From Candidatus Moanibacter sp. (GTDB lineage: Bacteria; Verrucomicrobiota; Verrucomicrobiia; Opitutales; UBA2987): 64,000 bases of DNA. The notes under the pieces were generated by a model, which saw only the letters and a program-made list of their open reading frames with translations, was not told where the DNA came from and did no database searches. Shown here one piece after another: positions 50,412-60,663 of this stretch. The translations under genes and the position numbers were made by a program. The stretch's first letter is position 1. Each line of letters starts with the position of its first letter. The stretch spans positions 14,621-78,620 of the forward strand of contig CBDCEW010000089.1 of NCBI GenBank assembly GCA_965215885.1, given 5' to 3'.

Positions 50412-51032
50412 ATGAGGGATCGCGAGAGGATATACTCAGATATCAGGCGTGCGTTGGAAGGCCTGGAGAATAAAACCCCGTATCCGGACTGGGACGACGC
50501 GATTACGGTAACCCGAAATCAACCGACCCTTCCGACTCTTTGGGAGATATTCAGCGTCAAGCTGGAGCAGGTTAATGGGAGGCCGATGAAGGGTCTCAGA
50601 GCAGTCGCCGACTTCCTGCGAGAGAGCGATCAGCTAACCGGCTATTGCGATCCGGAAATAGCGGAAGAGCTGAGTAGGGACCATGACTTTGACGGCATAA
50701 CCCTGCACACGGAGTATGACAGAGCGCGATTCGAAGAGTACTCGTTCGGAATCTCGAAAGCAACGGGAGCCATCGCAGAGTCCGGAACGATCGTTCTAAA
50801 CGACCGCGATACTGCGTCCAGGCTAGGTGCGCTTACGCCTTGGACTCATGTCGCATTGCTTCGAACTGAGTTCCTGTGGGCGGACATTCCGACGGCCTTA
50901 AGGGCGGTGATGGACGATGACCCCTCCATCATATTCGTAACAGGGCCTTCCAAGACGGCCGACGTGGAAGGGATCCTGATTGAAGGGGTTCACGGACCCG
51001 GAGTGCAGATATGTTGCCTTTATGATCGCTAA
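50412..51032 (+). CDS. lutC: Lactate utilisation protein LutC/YkgG
   Basis: AESGT, TGPSKTADVE, GVHGP. Confidence 0.9.
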   Translation: MRDRERIYSDIRRALEGLENKTPYPDWDDAITVTRNQPTLPTLWEIFSVKLEQVNGRPMKGLRAVADFLRESDQLTGYCDPEIAEELSRDHDFDGITLHTEYDRARFEEYSFGISKATGAIAESGTIVLNDRDTASRLGALTPWTHVALLRTEFLWADIPTALRAVMDDDPSIIFVTGPSKTADVEGILIEGVHGPGVQICCLYDR

Positions 51033-51216
51033 AGGAACTAAATTTCTTGCAATGAGGATCAAGTTATCTACTCTCTTGCCAAAAGAACGGTATCAAATCT
51101 TAACGAGGCGCGCTGACACGGCAGTGATTTTGAATTTGAGCGCTTGCAGAAGCGTTTGAAATGCGAGGAAAGGGTATGCTGTCGATGGCACACCGAAAAT
51201 TGAAAGGAAACAAACG

Positions 51217-52113
51217 ATGCAGAAAACTTCCTGGCCTTTAATTGCTATTGTGGTAGTAGTGGCGGTATTGCTGTGGTTCGGCGCAAAGGCGGTCGTCACG
51301 GTACCGGTCGGCCACGTCGGGGTGGCGAGTCTTTTCGGCAAAGTAGAGAGTACGGCGTTTGTGGAAGGACTACATTTTCCCGCGAATCCCCTATACCGAT
51401 GGGAGTTTTTCGATACGAGGCAAAAGACATTGAAGGACACTGCCAGTGTACCTTCGCAGGATCAACTGCAGACGAAGATCGATGTCAGCGTGCAGTTTCG
51501 GCTTATTGGTGAAATGGCACCGAAAGTGTTTAAGGAGACGGGGAGATTCACAGACGCTGTAAACGTTCACTTGATACCGAAATTGCGCTCTCTATTGCGT
51601 GAGCAGGGAAAATCGATAAAGCGTGCGGAGGACTTCTTCCTCGAGGACACCCAGCAGGAATTGCAGACCTCGCTGGAGGCGGGGCTATCGGAATATCTGC
51701 TGCCCAAGGGTATCGATGCGCAGGCCGTTTTGATTCGGGACATCAACCTGCCGCCGGCCATTAGCAAAGGCATTGAGGCGAAGAAGGAGCGTGAGCAGGA
51801 AGTTGAAAAGCAGAAGGCTGAACTGGAGCGATTTGCAACCGAGCAGCAGCAGAAGGTAGTAGCTGCCGAGGCGGAGAGAGCAGCAGCTGAGCAGGAAGCA
51901 CAGAAGCGCCGAGTATTGGCCGACGCTCAAGCCTATGAAATCAACAAAATAAACGAGGCCATCGCTTCGAATCCGGCGTATCTTCAATTACAGGCCCTGG
52001 AAGCGCTCAAATCGATCAGCAGGGATCCGGCTTCAAAGTTGTATTTTCTGGACGGCAACAGCCCTATGCCTCTTCCCCTGATGAATATCGGAGACCCGTT
52101 GATGTCAAAGTGA
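51217..52113 (+). CDS. SPFH/prohibitin-family membrane protein
   Basis: TM anchor, VPVGHVGV, EGLHF, coiled-coil AEA repeats. Confidence 0.9.
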   Translation: MQKTSWPLIAIVVVVAVLLWFGAKAVVTVPVGHVGVASLFGKVESTAFVEGLHFPANPLYRWEFFDTRQKTLKDTASVPSQDQLQTKIDVSVQFRLIGEMAPKVFKETGRFTDAVNVHLIPKLRSLLREQGKSIKRAEDFFLEDTQQELQTSLEAGLSEYLLPKGIDAQAVLIRDINLPPAISKGIEAKKEREQEVEKQKAELERFATEQQQKVVAAEAERAAAEQEAQKRRVLADAQAYEINKINEAIASNPAYLQLQALEALKSISRDPASKLYFLDGNSPMPLPLMNIGDPLMSK

Positions 52114-52123
52114 TTTGACGGAA

Positions 52124-52293
52124 CTAGCCCGAACCTTTCACAAACCATCCGCTGCGATCCCGGCGTGCCGGGACGACCTCAGAGGGTTCCGACACGCTGT
52201 TACCGGCTTGCCGGGACTGCGGGAAGTCACTGATACGCAGCCCCGGCAAGCCGGGACAGTCTCGCTACGAAGTATGTGAAATTTCCGGGCTAG
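52124..52293. mobile_element. MITE with CTAGCCC...GGGCTAG ends, copy 1
   Basis: About 24 bp imperfect TIRs; internal CCCGGC-N-GCCGGG hairpins; homologous to 55446-55573. Confidence 0.82.
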
Positions 52294-53390
52294 CGCTGCT
52301 TCGATTTAAGCCGAAGTTCAGGAATGAGAGGAGTTCCCGACTGCTTCTTTTCATGGATCTCTTTGATTGTATCTTCAAGAGAAACGGATCGCTCAGGACT
52401 CGGCGGATGCGTGGAAAGGATCCGCTTTCGTATGATTCCTGGATAAACCGTCGCCATGCGCCTCCAGAATTCGGGAGCGTCTTCGATAGGCATTTCGGCG
52501 AGCGCCATGATGTAGAGACCGACGTAGTCGGCTTCAGTTTCGAATGCCTGTACTTGGGAGTAGGCAGCGGCGGCACCGACTGAATTGCCTGTAATAATCC
52601 CGAGACTGTTAGCGGCAACGTCGACGAGAGTGCCCAATGTGTAGTTCGCTAGTACGGCCCTTATGTGTTTCATGACGTTGTGGGCGATCTCGTGGCTGAT
52701 AACGATAGCAAGTTCATTGTCGGTTTCAGCAAATCGAAGCAAGCCTCGATTGATGATGATCTTATTCCCTGTGGCTCTAGCGTTGACGGTTTGCTTGCCG
52801 CTCAGAATTAAGTGGTAATCAGCGATACCCGCTGGAACCACTTCCAGGTCGACGAGCCTGTCGTCACGAGAAACAGTCAACAGAATAACTTGCTCCGGGA
52901 TGAGGTGGCGGTCAAAGAAATCATCGATTTCGGCCGGCGCGTCAGGTCCCACCGGGAGTTTCTCTCCATTTATGCGGATGAGTGCGTCCCCGGGCAAGAG
53001 ACCACACTTATCGGCCGGGGATTCGGGAATGATATCGAGAACAGTGAGTTCCTGATCAACCCCGTAAAGCTCTTCGGCCGTATCCCGATAGATTTTCGAG
53101 AAAGTGTATTTGTTGGCGAAATAGATGCCCAGAAACGGACGGGCCGGTTTCCCTGTGTAGGGAAGCGCGGCTTCGAGCAATGGATAGGAAACACGGTTTA
53201 CTCGAATCTCGTCGAAGAGGAGGCTCTGCATGGCGACAGTGCGCTGTTTACGCTCCTCTTCCTTGAGACGCTCTTCGTCGATTCCGTGGCGCAGGGTTTT
53301 AGGCGTTACACAACTTGGCAGAAGTAGCGCCACGCCCAGCAACACTGACAAAACAGTGTAATTCACTGATCTCGCAATCCTCAGGTTCAT
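52290..53390 (-). CDS. M48 metallopeptidase lipoprotein with PDZ domain
   Basis: Lipobox LPSC, SPA..GL.PGD PDZ segment, HEIAH, EAD, THP. Confidence 0.9.
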   Translation of the reverse strand: MNLRIARSVNYTVLSVLLGVALLLPSCVTPKTLRHGIDEERLKEEERKQRTVAMQSLLFDEIRVNRVSYPLLEAALPYTGKPARPFLGIYFANKYTFSKIYRDTAEELYGVDQELTVLDIIPESPADKCGLLPGDALIRINGEKLPVGPDAPAEIDDFFDRHLIPEQVILLTVSRDDRLVDLEVVPAGIADYHLILSGKQTVNARATGNKIIINRGLLRFAETDNELAIVISHEIAHNVMKHIRAVLANYTLGTLVDVAANSLGIITGNSVGAAAAYSQVQAFETEADYVGLYIMALAEMPIEDAPEFWRRMATVYPGIIRKRILSTHPPSPERSVSLEDTIKEIHEKKQSGTPLIPELRLKSKQR

Positions 53391-53534
53391 TTTCTTGATT
53401 CTAGTCCCGGCCTGCCGGGATCGGAATGCAACCGAGTAAATCCTTCGGAAGAGGCATTAAGTCCGACAGGATGCCAATTTACTAAATCATACACTCCACA
53501 GTATTGCAAATTCATTAATGGTGCAGGGAGGGGG

Positions 53535-55428
53535 CAGGGTAAAAGGATTCCAGGAAGCAACTAGCTGATAAGCAAGAAGATAAAAAAAGAGCTAAACAAA
53601 CCCGAGGGAATCAGTCATGTTAAGATGGGATGAAAGACAAAAAATCTTACCAACTGAATCCTTCGATAGATCGTTTAACTCTGCGTCTGGTCCTGCCCGA
53701 AGAGCAGGAGCGATTCAATGATCTATTGAAACAACATCATTATTTACACAGTGCGGGCAGCGCAGGAGAGACCCTGCGCTATGTGGCGCAGATCGACGGG
53801 CAATGGATGGGCCTGCTCTTGTGGGGGGCCGCATCCTACCGGCTGAAGGATCGAGACGAATGGATCGGGTGGGACGGGGCGCAACGGCATGCACGATTGA
53901 AACTGGTAGTACAGAACCGGCGTTTTCTGATTTTGCCCGGGGTGGATCTTGCAAATTTGGCCTCCAAGACGTTGGGTATGTGCCTGAGAGTCTTAGCCGA
54001 TCACTGGCAGGAGGCTTTTGGCTATCGTCCCTTAGTAGCGGAAACGTTCGTGGACCCACAGATTCACCGGGGCACTTGCTACGAAGCGAGCGGGTGGACG
54101 CCCTTGGGCTTGAGCGCGGGATATGGCCGCCAACGCGAAGATTTCTATCAACGCCATGAGCGTCCCAAGCAGATCTGGGTCAAACCCCTCAAGGCTAATG
54201 CCCTTGAGCTTTTGCGCGCTTCAGGGCCATTGCCCGCGGCACAGAGCCAGGCGCTCAATGAAACCGATAACTCCCATGCGGTCTGCCTCAAAGTGGAACA
54301 GATGAGCAGCCTGTGGGAACGCTTCAATCAGATAGAAGACTTCCGTCGTAAAGCGGGCCTTAGATATCGGCTCGCCACGGTCCTGAGCATGATTGTGCTC
54401 GGCACGATGTGCGGCAAACAGACCCTCAAGGGCATCGTGCGCCTGGCCCATCATCTCAATCAAGCCCAATTGCGCGCCTTACGCTCCTGGAAAACCCCAA
54501 AACAGGCCGCTATAAGGCCCCTTGCTATGATGTCTTCTATCGGGTCTTGCAAAACGTAAAGGCCGAGCTCTTCGATAAAACCCTCACCGAATTCATCTGC
54601 TTACAAGACGGCTGTTTGCCCCGCGATATTGCCGTCGACGGCAAGACCCTCAAAGGCACAAACACCGAAGAATCAAAGGCTCTGCACCTGGTGGCCGCAG
54701 TCGATCACCAAAGCGCTCAAACCTTAGCCCAAGTCGCTACCGCCGATAAATCCAACGAGATCACCGCCGCCCAGACTCTCTTGCGAAAGATGCCCATTTT
54801 GGACGGCTCCACCTTCACCTTCGACGCCATGCATAATCAAAAAGAAACTGCCCACATCGTCGTCGAAGAACTCAGTGCTGACTATGTTATTCAAATTAAA
54901 GACAATCAGCCCAACATGCATCAATACGCTCAGAATCTCTTCAGCTCCACCCCCTTTTTCTCCACCAAACCGTGGACAATGACCATGGGCGACTCGAAAT
55001 ACGTCAAATAGCAACCCATTCTCTAAGCGCTCCCTCTGCCGGCCTGCCCCATGCCCGCCAGTTCGCCTGTGTGCAACGCACCTTCCATTATCCAAACAAA
55101 GCTGAACCTTCCTCTGAACGCTCTTACTACGTAAGCAGTCTCGATCCCGCCGATTTGAGCCCTCAACAGTTCCTCTCGAAAATTCGCAACCATTGGCTCG
55201 ATCGAAAATAAAAATCATTACCCCAGGGATCGCTTCTTCGATGAAGATCGATGTATGATCCGTAATCATAACGCAGCCAGAATTCTTGCTGCATGCAGGC
55301 AACTGGTTCTCAGCCTCAAGTCTTCCATGGGCGCTGAATCCACTCCCGCACTCTGTGATGATTTCGTCTTTAACTTACATAAGGCCATCAATATCATCAC
55401 CTAATGCTCCGAGAATCAAAATACCGTG
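53535..55428 (+). mobile_element. ISAs1-family IS with N-terminal DUF4338 (DruA-like) domain
   Basis: TIRs CAGGGTAAAAGGATTC and CACGGTATTTTGATTC; 10 bp TSD AGGGAGGGGG at 53525-53534 and 55429-55438. Confidence 0.9.
53630..55404 (+). pseudogene. DUF4338-ISAs1 transposase in four frame segments
   Basis: HHYL, NRRFLILP, ETFVD, then DGKTL, SNEI, DAMH, KDNQ, HGRLE, HW-IEN; frame breaks near 54493, 54955 and 55197. Confidence 0.85.
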
Positions 55429-55445
55429 AGGGAGGGGGCGAAGTG

Positions 55446-55573
55446 CTAGCCCAAACATATCACAAACCTTCTACTGCGATCCCGGCTTGCCGGGACTGCG
55501 GAAAGGCATTGTCAGGCAGCGATTCCCGGCGCGCCGGGATCTCGCTACGAAGTGTGTGAAATGTCCGGGCTAG
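55446..55573. mobile_element. MITE with CTAGCCC...GGGCTAG ends, copy 2
   Basis: Homologous to 52124-52293. Confidence 0.82.
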
Positions 55574-55670
55574 GAATCTGTCGGACTTAGCGTTCGAAAT
55601 TCGCGGGAATAATCCGCCATCTGGGAACAATCGTGGATTGCGGGGGATTCGACCACCGACAGGTTCCTAG
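55570..55670. mobile_element. MITE CTAGGAATCTGTCGG...CCGACAGGTTCCTAG
   Basis: 15 bp TIRs (14/15); shares CTAG with the neighbouring MITE and with the YifB gene stop. Confidence 0.82.
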
Positions 55671-57205
55671 TAAAAAACATTGCGATCCATGCTTCGATAT
55701 TGGATCGCCTCGAGGAGGTGGGGTTCCTCGATTTCTTCCGCGCCGGAAAGGTCAGCAATTGTGCGAGAAACTTTAAGAATCCGGTCGTAAGCGCGCGCGG
55801 ATAGATGGAGCTGTTCCATAGCCTGCTGGAGGAGATCGCCGAGAGAATTTCGGAGGGCGCAATATTTGCGAATCTGCTTTTGGTTCATCCTCGCATTACA
55901 GCCGGTTTTTCGGAAGCGAAAGCGCGCCTTCTGCACCTGCTCCGCGTCGCCGATGCGGGCGCGAATAGCGGATGACGGTTCGGAAAGACTGTGGTCGCGC
56001 AGTTCCTCAATACTGAGAGCGGAAGCTTCAATGTGAATGTCGATTCGATCGAGAAGCGGGCCACTTATCCGTTTTCTGTAACGTTGAACCTGAGTAGAGG
56101 TGCAGCGGCATTCACGGCCCTTATCGCCGAGATATCCGCAAGGGCATGGATTCATTGCGGCGACAAGCATGAAAGAGCATGGGAGAGTTACTTTGCCAGC
56201 GCTTCTCGAGATAGTGACATCCCCGTCTTCCATGGGCTGGCGCATGACTTCGAGGGCGGATCTCTTAAACTCGGGTAGTTCATCCAGAAAGAGCACGCCA
56301 TTGTGGGCGAGCGAAATCTCGCCGGGTCCGGGTATAGTACCGCCACCGAGCAGCCCGACATCACTAATGGTATGGTGGGGTGAACGGAAAGGCCTTTGTA
56401 GAAAATTCAACTTGTGGGTGAGAGTCATTCCGGCGGCGGAATGAATCATCAGTATGTCGATGAAATCATCCAGGCTTGGATCCGGGATAATGGTCGGTAT
56501 TCTCTTTGCGATCATCGACTTCCCGGTACCAGGCGGACCGAGCATGAGCAAATTGTGTCCGCCCGTTACGGCTACCTCAACGGCTCGCCGAACTGCCTGC
56601 TGACCCTTAATCTCGGAGAAATCACTCTCATAGGCCGATTGGTAGGATTCGGAGGAATGGAGAGGAGGTGATTTTACGGGAGTAATATCGAGATCGCCCT
56701 CAAGAAAGCGGACGGCCTCTTCCAAAGTGCGCACCTCAAATACAGGCAGGCCTTCCACCAGGGACGCTTCATCGGCAGAGATGGGAGGAAGAAGAATTCC
56801 TGCTTTGCCTTCGTCGCGTGCAAGCATAGCCATGGAGAGAGCACCCTTAATCGGTCGCGTTTCACCGGAAAGGCTCAGCTCCCCGCAAATCAGGTAGTCA
56901 CGAAGGCGGGGCGAACTCAACTGCTTCGAAGCGGAGAGAAATCCCAGGGCGATAGGTAGATCATATATGGGACCCTCCTTGCGCAAGTCTCCGGGCGCCA
57001 GATTAATTGTTGTTCGGGTGTGGGGCACCCGCAAGCCGCTGTTTCCGAGAGCCGAAACGACCCGATCGTTCGATTCCCTTACGGCGGTATCCGGCAGTCC
57101 GACGAGGATAATTCGGGGATCTCCAGATTCGTAGGTATTTACCTCTACTTGAACTGGAGCGGCCCTGATGCCCTGGAGCGCTCCAGATGACACTTCCGCG
57201 AGCAT
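55667..57205 (-). CDS. comM: YifB/ComM Mg-chelatase-like AAA+ ATPase
   Basis: [41 protein letters not shown]. Confidence 0.92.
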   Translation of the reverse strand: MLAEVSSGALQGIRAAPVQVEVNTYESGDPRIILVGLPDTAVRESNDRVVSALGNSGLRVPHTRTTINLAPGDLRKEGPIYDLPIALGFLSASKQLSSPRLRDYLICGELSLSGETRPIKGALSMAMLARDEGKAGILLPPISADEASLVEGLPVFEVRTLEEAVRFLEGDLDITPVKSPPLHSSESYQSAYESDFSEIKGQQAVRRAVEVAVTGGHNLLMLGPPGTGKSMIAKRIPTIIPDPSLDDFIDILMIHSAAGMTLTHKLNFLQRPFRSPHHTISDVGLLGGGTIPGPGEISLAHNGVLFLDELPEFKRSALEVMRQPMEDGDVTISRSAGKVTLPCSFMLVAAMNPCPCGYLGDKGRECRCTSTQVQRYRKRISGPLLDRIDIHIEASALSIEELRDHSLSEPSSAIRARIGDAEQVQKARFRFRKTGCNARMNQKQIRKYCALRNSLGDLLQQAMEQLHLSARAYDRILKVSRTIADLSGAEEIEEPHLLEAIQYRSMDRNVFY

Positions 57206-57260
57206 GTAGCGGTTCTAATGCTTGGTGGTCAGGGCTGTCTATCCCAAAAGGGCTTGCCGA

Positions 57261-58208
57261 TCAAGAATCGCCCTCTTCTTCGTACATCTGCCGGACACTC
57301 TTAATGTTTTGATCTATTTTCTGGAGATAGGGATTGATGCCGTCCGGATAGGGCTCGGCCAGGTACTCATGGAGAGCACTGCAATCTTTTTCGAGTTTTG
57401 GAATAACAATCTTCTCCCAGAAAAATGGAGTTCCCCGAAGGAGTGCTTCACAGCTCTTGAAAATTCGATCTTCTTTCGGGATGCCGCGAAAGTCGTCCGA
57501 TTCTTCGAATTCTTCGAAGAGCACGGGGAGCTTTGAAATATACTTGGGATCACTCATTTGCCCAAGATAATCGGCCGTGCAGACTGCCTCACCCATAATG
57601 CGTTCGAGGTCATTGATAAAGGGAATAGAATCGATCAAACTGCGTGGGCCGGTGCAGCTGATGAGATGCTGGACCGCGAAAATCTTCTTTTTGGGCCACC
57701 CTTGCTCCTCAAGGTAGATATCGGCAAATTCGCAGCTTCTGCGCTCATGGACAAAAGTAAACTTCGCTCCGGTTCCGTCATGATCGCCCTTTTCCTTGAG
57801 ATAGCCTACATCGTGCATCAGAATTCCCACAAAACCTTCTTCGAAGTCATCCGGCGTCATCATCGGCTCGATTCTCAATCGATGGCGGTTTACCATCATG
57901 CGCACCCAACAGAGAGTCGCCTGCAAAGTGTGTTCGAGGTCATGGTAGACAGTATCCATGGCCTGGTAGTTTTTATAGGTACCGGCAAACATACCGGCAA
58001 CGTCTTTATAATACCTTGGAATATAGGAACCGTCTACCTCCGGAAAAATCTCTCTCAAGAGTTCCAAGGTAGCGTCCGACACCAAGTGGTAATCGCTGGT
58101 GTCAAAGTCATCGAGGGTATAATTCGGCTTACTACTCGTCCCCATTTCTCCTACAGACATACAGGCATTAAATGTAGAGGGAACCGAATTGTAAACTGAA
58201 ATTAGCAT
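57261..58208 (-). CDS. HD-superfamily phosphohydrolase
   Basis: YHDLEHT, MHDVGY, HE, TAD. True start probably near 58146-58161. Confidence 0.82.
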   Translation of the reverse strand: MLISVYNSVPSTFNACMSVGEMGTSSKPNYTLDDFDTSDYHLVSDATLELLREIFPEVDGSYIPRYYKDVAGMFAGTYKNYQAMDTVYHDLEHTLQATLCWVRMMVNRHRLRIEPMMTPDDFEEGFVGILMHDVGYLKEKGDHDGTGAKFTFVHERRSCEFADIYLEEQGWPKKKIFAVQHLISCTGPRSLIDSIPFINDLERIMGEAVCTADYLGQMSDPKYISKLPVLFEEFEESDDFRGIPKEDRIFKSCEALLRGTPFFWEKIVIPKLEKDCSALHEYLAEPYPDGINPYLQKIDQNIKSVRQMYEEEGDS

Positions 58209-58327
58209 ATTGCAATGAAAATCTGGTCGACATTTGTGCGATGGCTCTTAAAGTATCCCGTTGCTTCTCATTGAGGTTGAGCAACTTAAGTTACTTCGGC
58301 TTCTTAGAGTAGTAACGACTTCTCAAA

Positions 58328-58909
58328 ATGGTTATTGGACTAACGGGGGGATTCGGCTGCGGAAAATCGACTGCGCTGGGAATCTTCGACGAAAATGGAG
58401 CCCGGATAATCGATTGTGATAGCATCGTTAGGGACTTGCTTGAGAATTGTGTGGAAGTGGGCGAGGAGGTCAAAATCCATTTTGGTGATGACGTGTTCAA
58501 TGATAAAGGAAAGGTTGACAGGAAGAGCATCGCAGCTATTGTATTTGAAGACTCCGCTGAGCGGCTCTGGCTGGAGCACCTCCTTCATCCCCTCGTAGGC
58601 AAACACTGGAGATCTAGGATTGAAGAGGCACCGCAGGCCTTTTGGGTCGTTGAAATTCCGCTACTTTTCGAAAAAAAACTTGAAAAACTGTTCGATTTTA
58701 CCGTTTGTATCTCTTCCAGCCAATCGAATCAACTCGCACGGTTGAAGCGAAGAGGGCTTACGGCAGATCAAGTTAACGCAAGAATTTCGCATCAACTGCC
58801 TTTAACTGAAAAGATTCAGCGCGCTGATTTCGTTATTTCCAATAATGGGTCAGTTGAATTTCTCAGTAAGCAGATTGTAACCCTTATATCGGATCTAGGA
58901 TCTACTTGA
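58328..58909 (+). CDS. coaE: Dephospho-CoA kinase
   Basis: IGLTGGFGCGKST, LHP, EIPLLFE, AD..I.N.G. Confidence 0.95.
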   Translation: MVIGLTGGFGCGKSTALGIFDENGARIIDCDSIVRDLLENCVEVGEEVKIHFGDDVFNDKGKVDRKSIAAIVFEDSAERLWLEHLLHPLVGKHWRSRIEEAPQAFWVVEIPLLFEKKLEKLFDFTVCISSSQSNQLARLKRRGLTADQVNARISHQLPLTEKIQRADFVISNNGSVEFLSKQIVTLISDLGST

Positions 58910-58977
58910 AAGGGTGGGCCTTGGGGTAATATTTTTTCCTGAGGGCCATTCTGGTAATGCGGTCTTCAGAAATTCTC

Positions 58978-60660
58978 ATGTCTGAATCAGAGAGAACCAA
59001 AGTAATGGAGGAATCAGTCGTAGAAGTCGCAGAGGAAACGAAGCGTTCGGGGCCGGGCACTGCTAATGAGGCTGCCCCCCCCAATATTGGAGAGCCCCGA
59101 AGGCGTTCTGCCCGGAATAATGTGGGTGGCTCGAAATCAGGAGGGGGCTACGAGCCGAGATCGTCACGGGGGGGGCGATCCTCAGGGCAGGGGTATCAGA
59201 AAAGGCAGAAAAAGAGGCCGTCCCAAGGTTCGGCTCCGAAGAGAGGAAAAAAGAAGGCGAAGTCCCGCAACCGCGCAATGCTGCAGGTGAGCGATGATGG
59301 CCCCTCCCTGAATATCGGCAGCTTAATGAGTTACGAGCTATTTGAGAATCCGGATGAGATGGAGGCGCTGGCCCAGGAGAGATCAAGCGGAGGCGAACCC
59401 TTGCAGCTCAATCGTTTATATGGAATGCCGCTATTGCAGTTAGTGGACGAGGCGAGATCGTTTGGAGTGGAGGTGAATGCTGCCGCGAATCGCATTCATC
59501 TCATCGACAGGGTGGTAGAAATTGGATTTGAGCGCAGAATACCCATCTCCGTGAGCGGCATTATGGAGATGAGCGATGACGGCTATGGAATGCTGGTGTA
59601 CGAAAATGACAACTATCGGGTTCGCCCGCAAAACGCATTTGTCGCGAAATCGTTCATAAAGAAGCATGGGCTGAAGAGAGGGCATACGGTGGAGGCCCAG
59701 CTTCTCCCTCATCGGGAAGGAGAGACATGCCCCTTTATAATCCGCCTCAATTCTGTGATGGATGCAAAGGTGGAGGAGAATCTTAAGGTTGAGCCTTTTG
59801 AAGATCTTGTTCCCTACTACCCATTGCAGCGAATCCTGTTAGAGACGGACCCAGACGTGCCCTGGGATAATCTCTCTATGCGCGTTATCGATCTCTTGAC
59901 ACCGATCGGGTTCGGTCAGCGGGGCCTCATCGTTTCGCCTCCGCGAACGGGCAAGACGGTCTTGTTACAATGCATCGCAAATTCGGTTGCACAGAATTAT
60001 ACTGATGCCCACCTTATTGTGCTTCTGGTCGATGAGCGACCCGAGGAGGTCACGGATTTTGAGCGGCAGGTGAAAGGGGAGGTAATAAGCTCCACTTTTG
60101 ATCAGTCGGCTGAAAGTCACGTGCACGCCGCCGAGATGGTCATCGAGAAGGCGCGCCGTATGGTCGAGGCTGGTCGTCATGTCGTGATTCTACTGGACTC
60201 GATAACGCGATTGGCACGAGCCTATAACACGCTTATGCCGAGTAGCGGGAAAATCCTCTCGGGCGGTGTTGAAGCCAGTGCCCTGCAGAGACCGAAGCGC
60301 TTTTTTGGTTCCGCTCGGAACATCGAGGGTGGAGGAAGCCTGACGATAATTGGAACCGCCTTGATTGAAACGGGTAGCAGAATGGACGAAGTGATATTCG
60401 AGGAATTTAAGGGCACGGGAAATATGGAGTTGAATCTCGATCGGGCATTGGTGGACAAGCGGATATTTCCGGCGATCAATCTTGAGAAGAGCGGGACGCG
60501 CAAAGAAGAGCTACTCTATCATCCGGATGAGATGAACAAGATTTATTCATTGCGCCGCGCCATGAAGGGTGTGCCTTCGAACGAAGCCATGGAGATGCTC
60601 ATCGAGCGGGTAAAAAAAACCAGCACCAACGCCGAGTTTTTGATGGGTTTGAACAGGTGA
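58978..60660 (+). CDS. rho: Transcription termination factor Rho with N-terminal extension
   Basis: [45 protein letters not shown]. Confidence 0.97.
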   Translation: MSESERTKVMEESVVEVAEETKRSGPGTANEAAPPNIGEPRRRSARNNVGGSKSGGGYEPRSSRGGRSSGQGYQKRQKKRPSQGSAPKRGKKKAKSRNRAMLQVSDDGPSLNIGSLMSYELFENPDEMEALAQERSSGGEPLQLNRLYGMPLLQLVDEARSFGVEVNAAANRIHLIDRVVEIGFERRIPISVSGIMEMSDDGYGMLVYENDNYRVRPQNAFVAKSFIKKHGLKRGHTVEAQLLPHREGETCPFIIRLNSVMDAKVEENLKVEPFEDLVPYYPLQRILLETDPDVPWDNLSMRVIDLLTPIGFGQRGLIVSPPRTGKTVLLQCIANSVAQNYTDAHLIVLLVDERPEEVTDFERQVKGEVISSTFDQSAESHVHAAEMVIEKARRMVEAGRHVVILLDSITRLARAYNTLMPSSGKILSGGVEASALQRPKRFFGSARNIEGGGSLTIIGTALIETGSRMDEVIFEEFKGTGNMELNLDRALVDKRIFPAINLEKSGTRKEELLYHPDEMNKIYSLRRAMKGVPSNEAMEMLIERVKKTSTNAEFLMGLNR

Positions 60661-60663
60661 GCA

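Noticed and set aside
53630..54559. Druantia anti-phage system
   Set aside because: Only a DUF4338-like domain inside an IS; no DruE helicase or other partner genes.
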